A stretch of 28,419 nt of DNA. Origin: an uncultured Candidatus Saccharibacteria bacterium. GTDB taxonomy: Bacteria; Patescibacteriota; Minisyncoccia; Phycocordibacterales; UBA5272. Where the stretch lies: positions 8,302-36,720 of the forward strand of contig CAZYMY010000001.1 in the NCBI GenBank assembly GCA_964648875.1, given 5' to 3'. The notes under the pieces are model-generated. The model searched no databases. It saw only the letters and a program-made list of their open reading frames with translations, and was not told the DNA's origin. Made by a program: the position numbers and the translations under genes. Shown here piece by piece: positions 1-7,509 of this stretch (positions are counted from its first letter, which is position 1; every line of letters starts with the position of its first letter).

Positions 1-51
1 CTTATACCAGCTGGTACAGGGGTAGAAGCTAGAAAAAAAGATTCAGAATAA
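1..51 (+). CDS. rpoC: RNA polymerase beta' subunit, C-terminal 16 codons (partial)
   Basis: Frame 1 reads LIPAGTGVEARKKDSE*. LIPAGTG is the conserved C-terminal RpoC motif. Confidence 0.88.
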   Translation, partial: LIPAGTGVEARKKDSE

Positions 52-61
52 ATTTATAAAT

Positions 62-97
62 AAAAAAATGACCCGGATTGCTCCGGGTTGTTTTTTA
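62..97. terminator. Bidirectional intrinsic terminator
   Basis: A-tract, ACCCGGA-ttgc-TCCGGGT hairpin (71-88), then T-tract; lies between convergent rpoC and the 95..331 ORF. Confidence 0.85.
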
Positions 98-331
98 TAT
101 CGCTGATTTTGGAAATTTAGATTTGCAGTGACCATCGAAATTACACTCGCCTCCATTATAGAAACAGCATCCCCAGCTATGTGATCCACATAACATCATA
201 GGAAGTTCTTCCTTTTCTTCTGTGCCTTTTTCTGATTGGGATTTTGAGGTGCACGCCCAAAATATTAGTAGAGCTATCAAAATAATTCCCCAAACTCCAA
301 AAAAGATATAGATCGGATCTAGATTTTTCAT
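95..331 (-). CDS. Small membrane-anchored protein with Cys-rich C-terminus
   Basis: 78 aa: hydrophobic N-terminal helix, charged linker, then CGSHSWGCC...GEC...GHC. Ends at the terminator and starts 12 bp after the upstream ORF. Confidence 0.65.
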   Translation of the reverse strand: MKNLDPIYIFFGVWGIILIALLIFWACTSKSQSEKGTEEKEELPMMLCGSHSWGCCFYNGGECNFDGHCKSKFPKSAI

Positions 332-343
332 ATTTATTTTTTA

Positions 344-1024
344 TTATGGTCTTATGAAAAAATCTGGATCTTTTTTTGGCGTGTTTTCATCTGCGACAGT
401 ACTTGTTTTTCCAAACACACTACCACAAGAATGTCCTGAATCAGGATTTCTGAAGACTTCTTCATAGATAGGCATATCGCCGTCTTTGACAAGTTCTCTT
501 TTTTCCAATTCTTTTTGAGTATTTTCAAAAAGAAGTTCGGGCCCTTCGTCATAGTTTATACTGAAGATAAACATTTCAATAAATAATACTGACAATGTTC
601 CAACGATATAAAAAATAAAAAAAATAGTAATAGCTTTTGGACATGAGTTTTCCTCAAGCCTAGATGCAGCGACTATTGTTAGTAGTGCTGCAAATAACCA
701 AGTAAAACTAAAATAGTACTTAGTTTTCTGAAACAATTTACTCACAGAGTTTTTAAGAGCTTTATTTTTCTTATAATTCAACTCTGTATTTATGCCTTTC
801 AGTTTAAATATTACGTAAGGTGTCAACACTATTATAACCAGTATATAAGCAAAAGATTTAGATATAATTAAAAATATATATGTAAAACTCGTGTTTATTT
901 CTGTAAAGAGTACAGATATGACAGACGGTGCCACATCTTTTATTAGAATTGTCATTAAAAAAACTACAACGAATAGCGCTACCATTGTTATAGACACATT
1001 TAAAAAGGACATTTTTCTTTCCAT
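344..1024 (-). CDS. Hypothetical multi-pass membrane protein
   Basis: 226 aa with about 4-5 hydrophobic segments and an acidic C-terminal tail; no family recognised. Confidence 0.75.
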   Translation of the reverse strand: MERKMSFLNVSITMVALFVVVFLMTILIKDVAPSVISVLFTEINTSFTYIFLIISKSFAYILVIIVLTPYVIFKLKGINTELNYKKNKALKNSVSKLFQKTKYYFSFTWLFAALLTIVAASRLEENSCPKAITIFFIFYIVGTLSVLFIEMFIFSINYDEGPELLFENTQKELEKRELVKDGDMPIYEEVFRNPDSGHSCGSVFGKTSTVADENTPKKDPDFFIRP

Positions 1025-1117
1025 CTTATTTTATTTTATTGGTTTACTGTCTAATACTTTATATCATATTTAGAAAAAAGTCAAATTCTATTTTTCTTCG
1101 CTATTTTGATTATTTTT

Positions 1118-1126
1118 TGTTAAAAT
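1118..1126 (+). promoter_or_regulatory. Extended -10 promoter of dnaG
   Basis: TGtTAAAAT ends 10 nt before the dnaG ATG. Confidence 0.5.
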
Positions 1127-1136
1127 AAAGATAATT

Positions 1137-2897
1137 ATGAATCCAAAAGATCAGATAAAGCAAACAGTTTCTATTTTAGATGTTGTATCAACATATGTGA
1201 GACTTGAAAAAGCTGGCTCGCAATTTAAAGGTCGTTGCCCATTCCACAATGAAAAGTCTCCAAGTTTTTTTGTATCTCCAGATAGAGGAACATATCATTG
1301 TTTTGGTTGCTCTTCTCATGGAGATATATTTTCTTTTATAGAAAAAATGGAAAGCATTCCTTTTTATGAGGCACTTACTATTTTAGCCGATAGAGCAGGT
1401 ATAAAACTCACTCAATACAAAAAAGAAGAAAAAGATAAAGAAAATAATCTTATAAATTTATTGCAAAAAGCAAATAGACATTATGAAAAAAATTTAGAAA
1501 ATTCTCCTGAAGCAAAAATGTATTTAGCTGATAGAGGACTAGACTCAGATACAATAAAAAAGTTTAATATAGGATTTTCTGTTGGCGGAGAATCTAGTTG
1601 GAGAGATTTATTTATAGCACTTAGTAAAGAAGGTTTTTCACCAGAAGAAATGATAGCTGCAGGAGTAATTATAAAAAAAGAAAGTAATGAAGGCGATAAA
1701 TATTTTGATAGATTTAGAGGTAGGATAATGTTTCCAATAAAAAATGTTTTTGGAAATGTCGTAGGATTTTCAGCTAGGATTTTACCAAAATTTGATGATG
1801 GTAAAAGTGGTAAATATATAAATTCACCAGAGACGGATATTTATCATAAAAGTAAAATACTTTTTGGATATGATATGGCAAAAAAGTCTATTGCAGAAAA
1901 AAGAGAAGTCATACTAGTAGAAGGACAAATGGATCTCATTATGAGCTATCAAGCAGGTATAGAAAATATTGTAGCAACTTCAGGTACTGCTGTGACTGAT
2001 GAACATATAAAAATTATAAAAAGATTTGCAGATAAAGTACTTTTATCTTTTGATCAAGATGATGCAGGAGAAAAAGCTATGAAAAGATGCGCATTATTAT
2101 CTTTATTTGGAGGACTTGATGTATTTATAATTCCAAAAAAAGATAATGTAAAAGATGTAGCAGATCTTGTAAAAGAATTTGGTGGAGAAATGTGGAAAGA
2201 ACTTATTTTAAATAAAAAGCATATAATAGAATATTTTATAGATAATATATTTTCTAAAATAAAAGATGAAAGAGAAAGAGGAATAATAGTGAGAAAAGAA
2301 GTACTTTTATTTTTACGAGCTATAGAAAGTGATATAGATAGATCTTATTTTATAAGATATGTCGCAGATAAATTGAAAGCAAATGAAATTGATATCATAA
2401 ATGACATGAAAAGAGTAAAAATAGAAGATAATTTATTAGAAAAAAAAGAAGAAGAAAATAAAATAGATGATATAAAAATTTCAAAAAAAGATAAGACAAT
2501 AAGAGAAATTTTAGCTATTTTAAAATGGAAAGAAATAGAAGAAGATAAATTTATAAATAAATTTTTAAAAGATATAAATAAAGAAGAAAAAGATTATTTA
2601 GAAAATTTATATATTACAGATTTTGCTATATGCAAAGAAAATAAAATAGAAGAGATAATAGAGCAAGATATATTAAAAATAGAAAGAGAAATATCAAAAA
2701 ATACTAATTATATAGAAAATAAAAAGAAATTTATTGATGAAATGCTTTTTGATCTCAGTAAAGCTTTTAAAATAGAGATTTTACAAGAAAAAATTAGATC
2801 TTTAGAAAATATAGAAAATACAGATACAGATGAAAATTTAAAAGAAATTAATATTATTTACAAAGAAATACACAATTTAAAAGCCTCAAAATTCTAA
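1137..2897 (+). CDS. dnaG: DNA primase
   Basis: CHC2 Zn finger (CPFHNEKSPSF...CFGC), DRFRGRIMFPI, KYINSPET, TOPRIM motifs EGQMD and DQDDAG. Confidence 0.98.
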   Translation: MNPKDQIKQTVSILDVVSTYVRLEKAGSQFKGRCPFHNEKSPSFFVSPDRGTYHCFGCSSHGDIFSFIEKMESIPFYEALTILADRAGIKLTQYKKEEKDKENNLINLLQKANRHYEKNLENSPEAKMYLADRGLDSDTIKKFNIGFSVGGESSWRDLFIALSKEGFSPEEMIAAGVIIKKESNEGDKYFDRFRGRIMFPIKNVFGNVVGFSARILPKFDDGKSGKYINSPETDIYHKSKILFGYDMAKKSIAEKREVILVEGQMDLIMSYQAGIENIVATSGTAVTDEHIKIIKRFADKVLLSFDQDDAGEKAMKRCALLSLFGGLDVFIIPKKDNVKDVADLVKEFGGEMWKELILNKKHIIEYFIDNIFSKIKDERERGIIVRKEVLLFLRAIESDIDRSYFIRYVADKLKANEIDIINDMKRVKIEDNLLEKKEEENKIDDIKISKKDKTIREILAILKWKEIEEDKFINKFLKDINKEEKDYLENLYITDFAICKENKIEEIIEQDILKIEREISKNTNYIENKKKFIDEMLFDLSKAFKIEILQEKIRSLENIENTDTDENLKEINIIYKEIHNLKASKF

Positions 2898-2953
2898 ATA
2901 TTTTAATCAAAATATACTTTTTTGCATCAAAAAGTGAATATACTCATTTCCTC

Positions 2954-2983
2954 TTGATTTTTATAGTGATTTTATGTTATAAT
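2954..2983 (+). promoter_or_regulatory. sigma70-type promoter of rpoA
   Basis: TTGATT-18-TATAAT, with the TG extended -10 dinucleotide. Confidence 0.55.
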
Positions 2984-3051
2984 CAATATTATTACTTTTT
3001 AGTTATTTATTAATATTAAGAACAATAGGTCAGAAATAATAAAATAAATTT

Positions 3052-4017
3052 ATGCATTCACAAAATATAAACTTACCATCAAAGCCAAAAGTTATAAAAG
3101 AGGAGGGTAATAAGGGTATTTACGAGATAGATGGTCTATATCCAGGATATGGATATACTCTTGGAAATTCTATGAGAAGAATAATCATTTCTTCTATACC
3201 TGGTGCTGCTATCACATCTATTTCTATAGAAGGTGTAAAGCATGAGTTTTCTACAATAGAAGGTATAAAAGAAGATGTAATAGCAATTATTTTAAATTTA
3301 AAAGCTATACATTTTTCTTTATATTCTGATGAGCCACAAAAAATATCTTTAGAAATTAAAGGTCCAAAAATTGTGACAGCTGGAGATATAAAAACAAATT
3401 CAAATGTTGAAGTATTAAATAAAGATACATATATTTGTGAAGTCACAGGTAAAGTAGCATTTAATATGGAGATGACAATAGAAAAAGGAATTGGTTATAT
3501 ATCAAAAGAGCAAGTAGAAAAAGAAAGAACAGCCATTGGTGCAATATCACTTGATGCTGCTTTTACTCCAGTAAAAAGAGCGGGTTATGAAGTAGAAAAT
3601 ATGCGTGTCGGAGATAGAACAGATCATAATAGATTAAGATTGATTATAGAGACAAATGGTTCTATTTCACCTAGAGAAGTTTTAGAATATTCAATTGAAA
3701 TAATGATAAAACAACTTCAAGCAGTTATAGGATTTAAAGAAAATATTGTAGAAGCTGAGACAGGTATGATGTCAGATAATATGCCTATAGTACTAGATAC
3801 AGCAGATTCTCCAGCAAAAATAAAAATAGAAGAATTAGAATTTTCTACAAGAACAGAAAATGCATTAATTGCTGGTGGTGTAAAAACACTTGCAGGTCTT
3901 TTAAAGAAATCAGAATATGATTTAAAAGAAATGGGAGGCCTCGGAGATAAAGCAATAGAAGAGATAAAAGAATTATTAGAAGGCAAAGGACTTTCTCTTA
4001 AAAAAGAGAAAAAATAA
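3052..4017 (+). CDS. rpoA: RNA polymerase alpha subunit
   Basis: GYGYTLGNSMRRII, GVKHEFSTIEGIKED, RVGDRTDHNRL, and a C-terminal alpha-CTD. Confidence 0.98.
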   Translation: MHSQNINLPSKPKVIKEEGNKGIYEIDGLYPGYGYTLGNSMRRIIISSIPGAAITSISIEGVKHEFSTIEGIKEDVIAIILNLKAIHFSLYSDEPQKISLEIKGPKIVTAGDIKTNSNVEVLNKDTYICEVTGKVAFNMEMTIEKGIGYISKEQVEKERTAIGAISLDAAFTPVKRAGYEVENMRVGDRTDHNRLRLIIETNGSISPREVLEYSIEIMIKQLQAVIGFKENIVEAETGMMSDNMPIVLDTADSPAKIKIEELEFSTRTENALIAGGVKTLAGLLKKSEYDLKEMGGLGDKAIEEIKELLEGKGLSLKKEKK

Positions 4018-4024
4018 TACAGAT

Positions 4025-4053
4025 TTGCAAAAAAACAAAAAAAAGTGTATAAA
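4025..4053 (+). promoter_or_regulatory. Possible internal promoter for rplQ-rplM-rpsI
   Basis: TTGCAA-17-TATAAA in the 50-bp rpoA-rplQ gap. Confidence 0.4.
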
Positions 4054-4067
4054 TTATAGATAAAATC

Positions 4068-4421
4068 ATGAAGCATCACAAAAATTTTAGAAAATTCGGG
4101 CGCGAAAAAAATCAAAGACTTTCATTTGTAAAAGGTCTTGCTATTAATCTTATTAGACATGGAAAAATAGAAACTACAGTAGCTAGGGCAAAAGAAATAA
4201 GACCTTTTGTTGAAAGACTTGTGACTTTAGCAAAAATAGATTCTGTATCAAGAAGAAGACTTGTATCAAGTAGAATTTTAAATCAAGAAGATGAGACAAA
4301 AAAACTTTTTACAGAATATGCTCCAAAATATAAAGATGTATTGGGTGGATATACTCGTATAGTAAAACTTGGACAAAGACTTGGGGACGGCTCAGCAATT
4401 GCTATAATAGAATTTATATAA
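4068..4421 (+). CDS. rplQ: 50S ribosomal protein L17
   Basis: MKHHKNFRKFGR, KIETTVARAKE, GGYTRIVKLGQRLGD. Confidence 0.97.
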   Translation: MKHHKNFRKFGREKNQRLSFVKGLAINLIRHGKIETTVARAKEIRPFVERLVTLAKIDSVSRRRLVSSRILNQEDETKKLFTEYAPKYKDVLGGYTRIVKLGQRLGDGSAIAIIEFI

Positions 4422-4425
4422 AAAT

Positions 4426-4791
4426 ATGGAAAATAAAATAGAAACAAAAGAATATACAATAGATGCAGAAGGTAAATCTTTAGGTAGACTTTGTACTGAG
4501 ATAGCTTCAATTCTTAATGCTAAAAATTCTACAAGTTTTGCTAAAAATATAGTAAAAGATGTAAAAGTAAAAGTTATAAATTCTAGTAAAGTAAAATTTA
4601 CTGGCAATAAATTAAAAGAATCTATTCATAAAAGATATTCTGGTTATCCAGGAGGACAGAAAGTTCTTAATTTATCAATGGTTGCGGATAAAAAAGGTTT
4701 TGCTGAGATAATAAAACATGCTGTACAAGGTATGTTGCCAAAAAATAAATTGCAAGACAAGAGAATGAAAAATTTATCAATAGAAGAATAA
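4426..4791 (+). CDS. rplM: 50S ribosomal protein L13 (short form)
   Basis: IDAEGKSLGRL, HKRYSGYPGG, AVQGMLPKNKL; located upstream of rpsI. Confidence 0.96.
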   Translation: MENKIETKEYTIDAEGKSLGRLCTEIASILNAKNSTSFAKNIVKDVKVKVINSSKVKFTGNKLKESIHKRYSGYPGGQKVLNLSMVADKKGFAEIIKHAVQGMLPKNKLQDKRMKNLSIEE

Positions 4792-4817
4792 GAAGAATAA
4801 AATATAATTAAAAAATT

Positions 4818-5216
4818 ATGACAAAAGAGCAATATATAGAAGCTATAGGTAGAAGAAAGACTGCGACAGCTAGAGTGAGACTCACTCCATCAGCTAAGGC
4901 TTTATTTATAGTAAATGAAAAAGATGTACATGATTATTTTCCTACAACAGATCTTTTAAGTATAGTAAATTCTTCTTTCTCAAAAACTGAAATCAAAAAT
5001 AAATATTCTATTACAGTAAAAGTATCAGGATCTGGTATACATTCTCAAGCTGAGGCTGTGAGACATGGTATCACAAGAGCTCTTGTAAAAGAGGATGAAG
5101 CTTTGAGATCTTCACTCAAAAAACTCGGTTTCTTAAAAAGAGATTCAAGAAAGAAAGAAAGAAAAAAGTTCGGTCTCAAAAAAGCTCGCAAGGGACCAAC
5201 ATGGTCAAAGAGATAG
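4818..5216 (+). CDS. rpsI: 30S ribosomal protein S9
   Basis: GRRKTATARV, GSGIHSQAEAVRHGITRAL, ERKKFGLKKARKGPTWSKR. Confidence 0.98.
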   Translation: MTKEQYIEAIGRRKTATARVRLTPSAKALFIVNEKDVHDYFPTTDLLSIVNSSFSKTEIKNKYSITVKVSGSGIHSQAEAVRHGITRALVKEDEALRSSLKKLGFLKRDSRKKERKKFGLKKARKGPTWSKR

Positions 5217-5240
5217 AAAAATATTTACAAATATTTCTCA

Positions 5241-5272
5241 CAAAAACTACTCGAAAGAGTGGTTTTTGTTTT
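5241..5272 (+). terminator. Intrinsic terminator after rpsI
   Basis: CAAAAACTACTC-gaaa-GAGTGGTTTTTG followed by TTTT. Confidence 0.85.
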
Positions 5273-5283
5273 ATTTGAAATAC

Positions 5284-5312
5284 TTGACATACATTATTAT
5301 ATATTCTATACT
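5284..5312 (+). promoter_or_regulatory. Near-consensus sigma70 promoter
   Basis: TTGACA-17-TATACT, 34 nt upstream of the 5347 ATG. Confidence 0.75.
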
Positions 5313-5346
5313 TTGTGCAGTTATAAATTTTTAAATATATTTAAAT

Positions 5347-5628
5347 ATGATCACTACAGAAGAAATTAAATCAATGTCTTTAGCTTATTTACAATCTTTA
5401 ATTGGATTAATAGAACAGGAGATTTTCAATAAGTCTCATCAACATTATTCTACAGAAAAGCTCCTTAAAATTGCGAGATCTAACAAAGTAAGTGATAAAG
5501 AAGCTCTCCATGCCTTCGATGTCCTTGCGACACGACAAGACTTAAATAGAGAACAAGTTTTACTTTTAAAGGAAGAAGCTGAATCTGATTTTGTAAAATA
5601 TCAATGTGGAGAATGGTTAAGAGAATAA
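5347..5628 (+). CDS. Hypothetical helical protein
   Basis: 93-aa ORF bracketed by its own promoter and terminator; no family recognised. Confidence 0.75.
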   Translation: MITTEEIKSMSLAYLQSLIGLIEQEIFNKSHQHYSTEKLLKIARSNKVSDKEALHAFDVLATRQDLNREQVLLLKEEAESDFVKYQCGEWLRE

Positions 5629-5742
5629 TTAGTTAAAACTAATTACCTAAAATTTTTAAATAGTAATTACTTTAAATAATAATGTTCTTTGTTTTAAAAG
5701 GTTTTACATGTAATTTATACTAAACAAAAGAAATAAGTTACG

Positions 5743-5773
5743 AAAGACTGCTGAAAAAGCGGTTTTTTGTTTT
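5743..5773 (+). terminator. Intrinsic terminator
   Basis: AAAGACTGCT-gaaaa-AGCGGTTTT stem with G-U pairs, then TTGTTTT. Confidence 0.65.
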
Positions 5774-5808
5774 ATGTAAATAGACATACTTTATCTTAAA
5801 ATCAAGTC

Positions 5809-5837
5809 TTTACAAATTGTCTTATTTAGTATATACT
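5809..5837 (+). promoter_or_regulatory. sigma70 promoter
   Basis: TTTACA-17-TATACT. It overlaps the ORF-track TTG start at 5817, which favours the ATG at 5901. Confidence 0.6.
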
Positions 5838-5900
5838 ATATTTAGTAACAAATTTGAACATTTAAATAATATATATATTAACTTTTTTAAAAAACAAAAA

Positions 5901-6521
5901 ATGAGAAAATTATTAGAAGTGACCTTGAGTGAAGTTATAACTTTTTTGTGGAAAGATTTTAACATTTCTGACTTAAAGGCCAAAATCGAAAGATTGCCTT
6001 CACCAGGAACGCGGGTTCCTATTGATTTTGTAGGCAAACAAAAAATTTTAATTTCGGTTGGTCTAACAATTAAGGATGCTAAAGATATTGAAAAATCAGT
6101 AAAGGAGTATATAGCCAGTCAAGGTTATACTTTTGTATCTTTTGTTAATATGCCACAAGAGGAAGAAGGGAATACTGTGTTTAGGTGCCAAGTGGAAAGC
6201 CTAGAGCCAAAATTACAGGCGGAAACTGTAAAAGTAAAGAGTTCAAAACCGGTTGGCCCAGATTTAAATCAGAGTATACTTGATTTTTTTAACGAAATTG
6301 AAGAAACTCCGGTCTATAAAGCCAGAGTAAAAACTTTATTGACAGATAAAGAAATGTTTGAAAAAAAGCTTAGCGATTTACTAAAATTGCAGGGTTTATT
6401 CAAGGTAAAAAATTTTGGTAAAAAGTCAGGAGAATTTCTTTTCTCAGAATTGAGGAAGAAAGGGATAAAGGTTGAAAAGTATCCTCTCTGGAAAGAGAAA
6501 AATAGAAAACAAATAGCTTAG
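5901..6521 (+). CDS. Protein with C-terminal RNA polymerase alpha-CTD-like (HhH) domain
   Basis: 206 aa from ATG 5901. The C-terminus LSDLLKLQGLFKVKNFGKKSGEFLFSELRKKGI resembles alpha-CTD (E. coli [24 protein letters not shown]). Confidence 0.7.
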   Translation: MRKLLEVTLSEVITFLWKDFNISDLKAKIERLPSPGTRVPIDFVGKQKILISVGLTIKDAKDIEKSVKEYIASQGYTFVSFVNMPQEEEGNTVFRCQVESLEPKLQAETVKVKSSKPVGPDLNQSILDFFNEIEETPVYKARVKTLLTDKEMFEKKLSDLLKLQGLFKVKNFGKKSGEFLFSELRKKGIKVEKYPLWKEKNRKQIA

Positions 6522-6544
6522 TTATTTAATATCGTTTGAATAGG

Positions 6545-6578
6545 AACCGTAGTCGTTAGTGACTACGGTTTTTGTTTT
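6545..6578 (+). terminator. Intrinsic terminator
   Basis: AACCGTAGTC-gttagt-GACTACGGTT perfect 10-bp stem, then TTTGTTTT. Confidence 0.88.
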
Positions 6579-6605
6579 GCCCTTAGATATTTTTTATGTT
6601 ATAAT
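6577..6605 (+). promoter_or_regulatory. sigma70 promoter of grpE-dnaK
   Basis: TTGCCC-17-TATAAT with TG extended -10. Confidence 0.6.
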
Positions 6606-6711
6606 TGTATTAACACTAAGGGTTGCTAAGAATTATTTTTTCTGATTATCTGATTTTATTTAGTGTTTTATTGCTCTTTTATTAGAGTGCTCGATTGTAA
6701 ATTAATATTAT

Positions 6712-7329
6712 ATGCAAGATGAAGAATTAAAAAACGAAAATTTATTAGAAGAAAATGAAGATATAGAAAGTGATGATGTGATTTTTGAAGAATTGAATGC
6801 TGAAGGAGAGGTTATGAGTGAAAAAGAAAAACAAAAAATAGATAAAAATAAATTAAAAGAAAAATTTGAAGAAAAAATAGAAAGATTAGAAAAAGAAAGA
6901 GACGAATATCTTTCTGGTTGGCAAAGAGTGCAAGCTGATTATAAAAATCGTGAGCGTGAGATAGAAGAATATAAAAAAGATATTATAAAATTTGCAAATG
7001 CTAATTTTATAAAAGATTTACTTCCAGTTCTTGATGGATATGATATGGCTCGCAGCAATAAAGAAATGTGGGAGTCAGTAGAGGCAAATTGGAGAACAGG
7101 AATAGAATATTTATTTTCTCAATTATTAAAAATCTTGGAAAATAATGGAGTACAAATTTTTGGTGATATAGGTGATAAATACAATACTTCTTTACATGAA
7201 GCTGTGGAGACAGTAGATGTTGAAGAAAAAGAAAAAAATGATACAATTATAAATGTATTACAGAAAGGATATAAAATTGGCGATAAGCTACTCAGGGCGG
7301 CAAGAGTAAAAGTCGGACATTATAAATAA
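6712..7329 (+). CDS. grpE: Nucleotide exchange factor GrpE
   Basis: RVQADYKNRERE, DLLPVLD, LHEAV, VLQKGYKIGDKLLRAARVKV; lies upstream of dnaK. Confidence 0.97.
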   Translation: MQDEELKNENLLEENEDIESDDVIFEELNAEGEVMSEKEKQKIDKNKLKEKFEEKIERLEKERDEYLSGWQRVQADYKNREREIEEYKKDIIKFANANFIKDLLPVLDGYDMARSNKEMWESVEANWRTGIEYLFSQLLKILENNGVQIFGDIGDKYNTSLHEAVETVDVEEKEKNDTIINVLQKGYKIGDKLLRAARVKVGHYK

Positions 7330-7344
7330 AATCAATCCTTAATA

Positions 7345-7377
7345 CTTCCTTAAAATTTAGGGAAGGAGGAAGGGTTT
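7345..7377 (+). repeat. Hairpin plus purine-rich tail in the grpE-dnaK spacer (possible decayed REP-like element)
   Basis: CTTCCTTAA-aat-TTAGGGAAG followed by GAGGAAGGGTTT; same layout as the cysS hairpins. Confidence 0.35.
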
Positions 7378-7509
7378 AAGTAAATTATTAGTTTTTAAAA
7401 AATAAAAATGAATTTTTTCAAGTTAAACCACGCAAGTGAATACTTTCAAAAATTATTTTTGTTTTTTAAATTATTTTAAATTTTGAAATTATAAAAACAT
7501 TAAAAAAAT

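Noticed and set aside
2400-2897. K/E/I/N-rich low-complexity stretches in DnaG, MurD and GrpE as repeats
   Set aside because: They are explained by AT-driven amino-acid bias, with no discrete repeat period.
4426-4791. rplM as a truncated pseudogene (121 aa)
   Set aside because: The core motifs are intact with a clean start and stop in operon context; short L13 proteins are, to my knowledge, usual in this lineage.
5817-5900. ORF-track TTG start for the alpha-CTD-like protein
   Set aside because: It lies inside a TTTACA-17-TATACT promoter and adds low-complexity residues; ATG 5901 is more plausible.
5241-6578. Integron cassette array
   Set aside because: The flanking hairpins are ordinary terminators without attC R'/R'' (RYYYAAC...GTTRRRY) ends, and no integrase is present.
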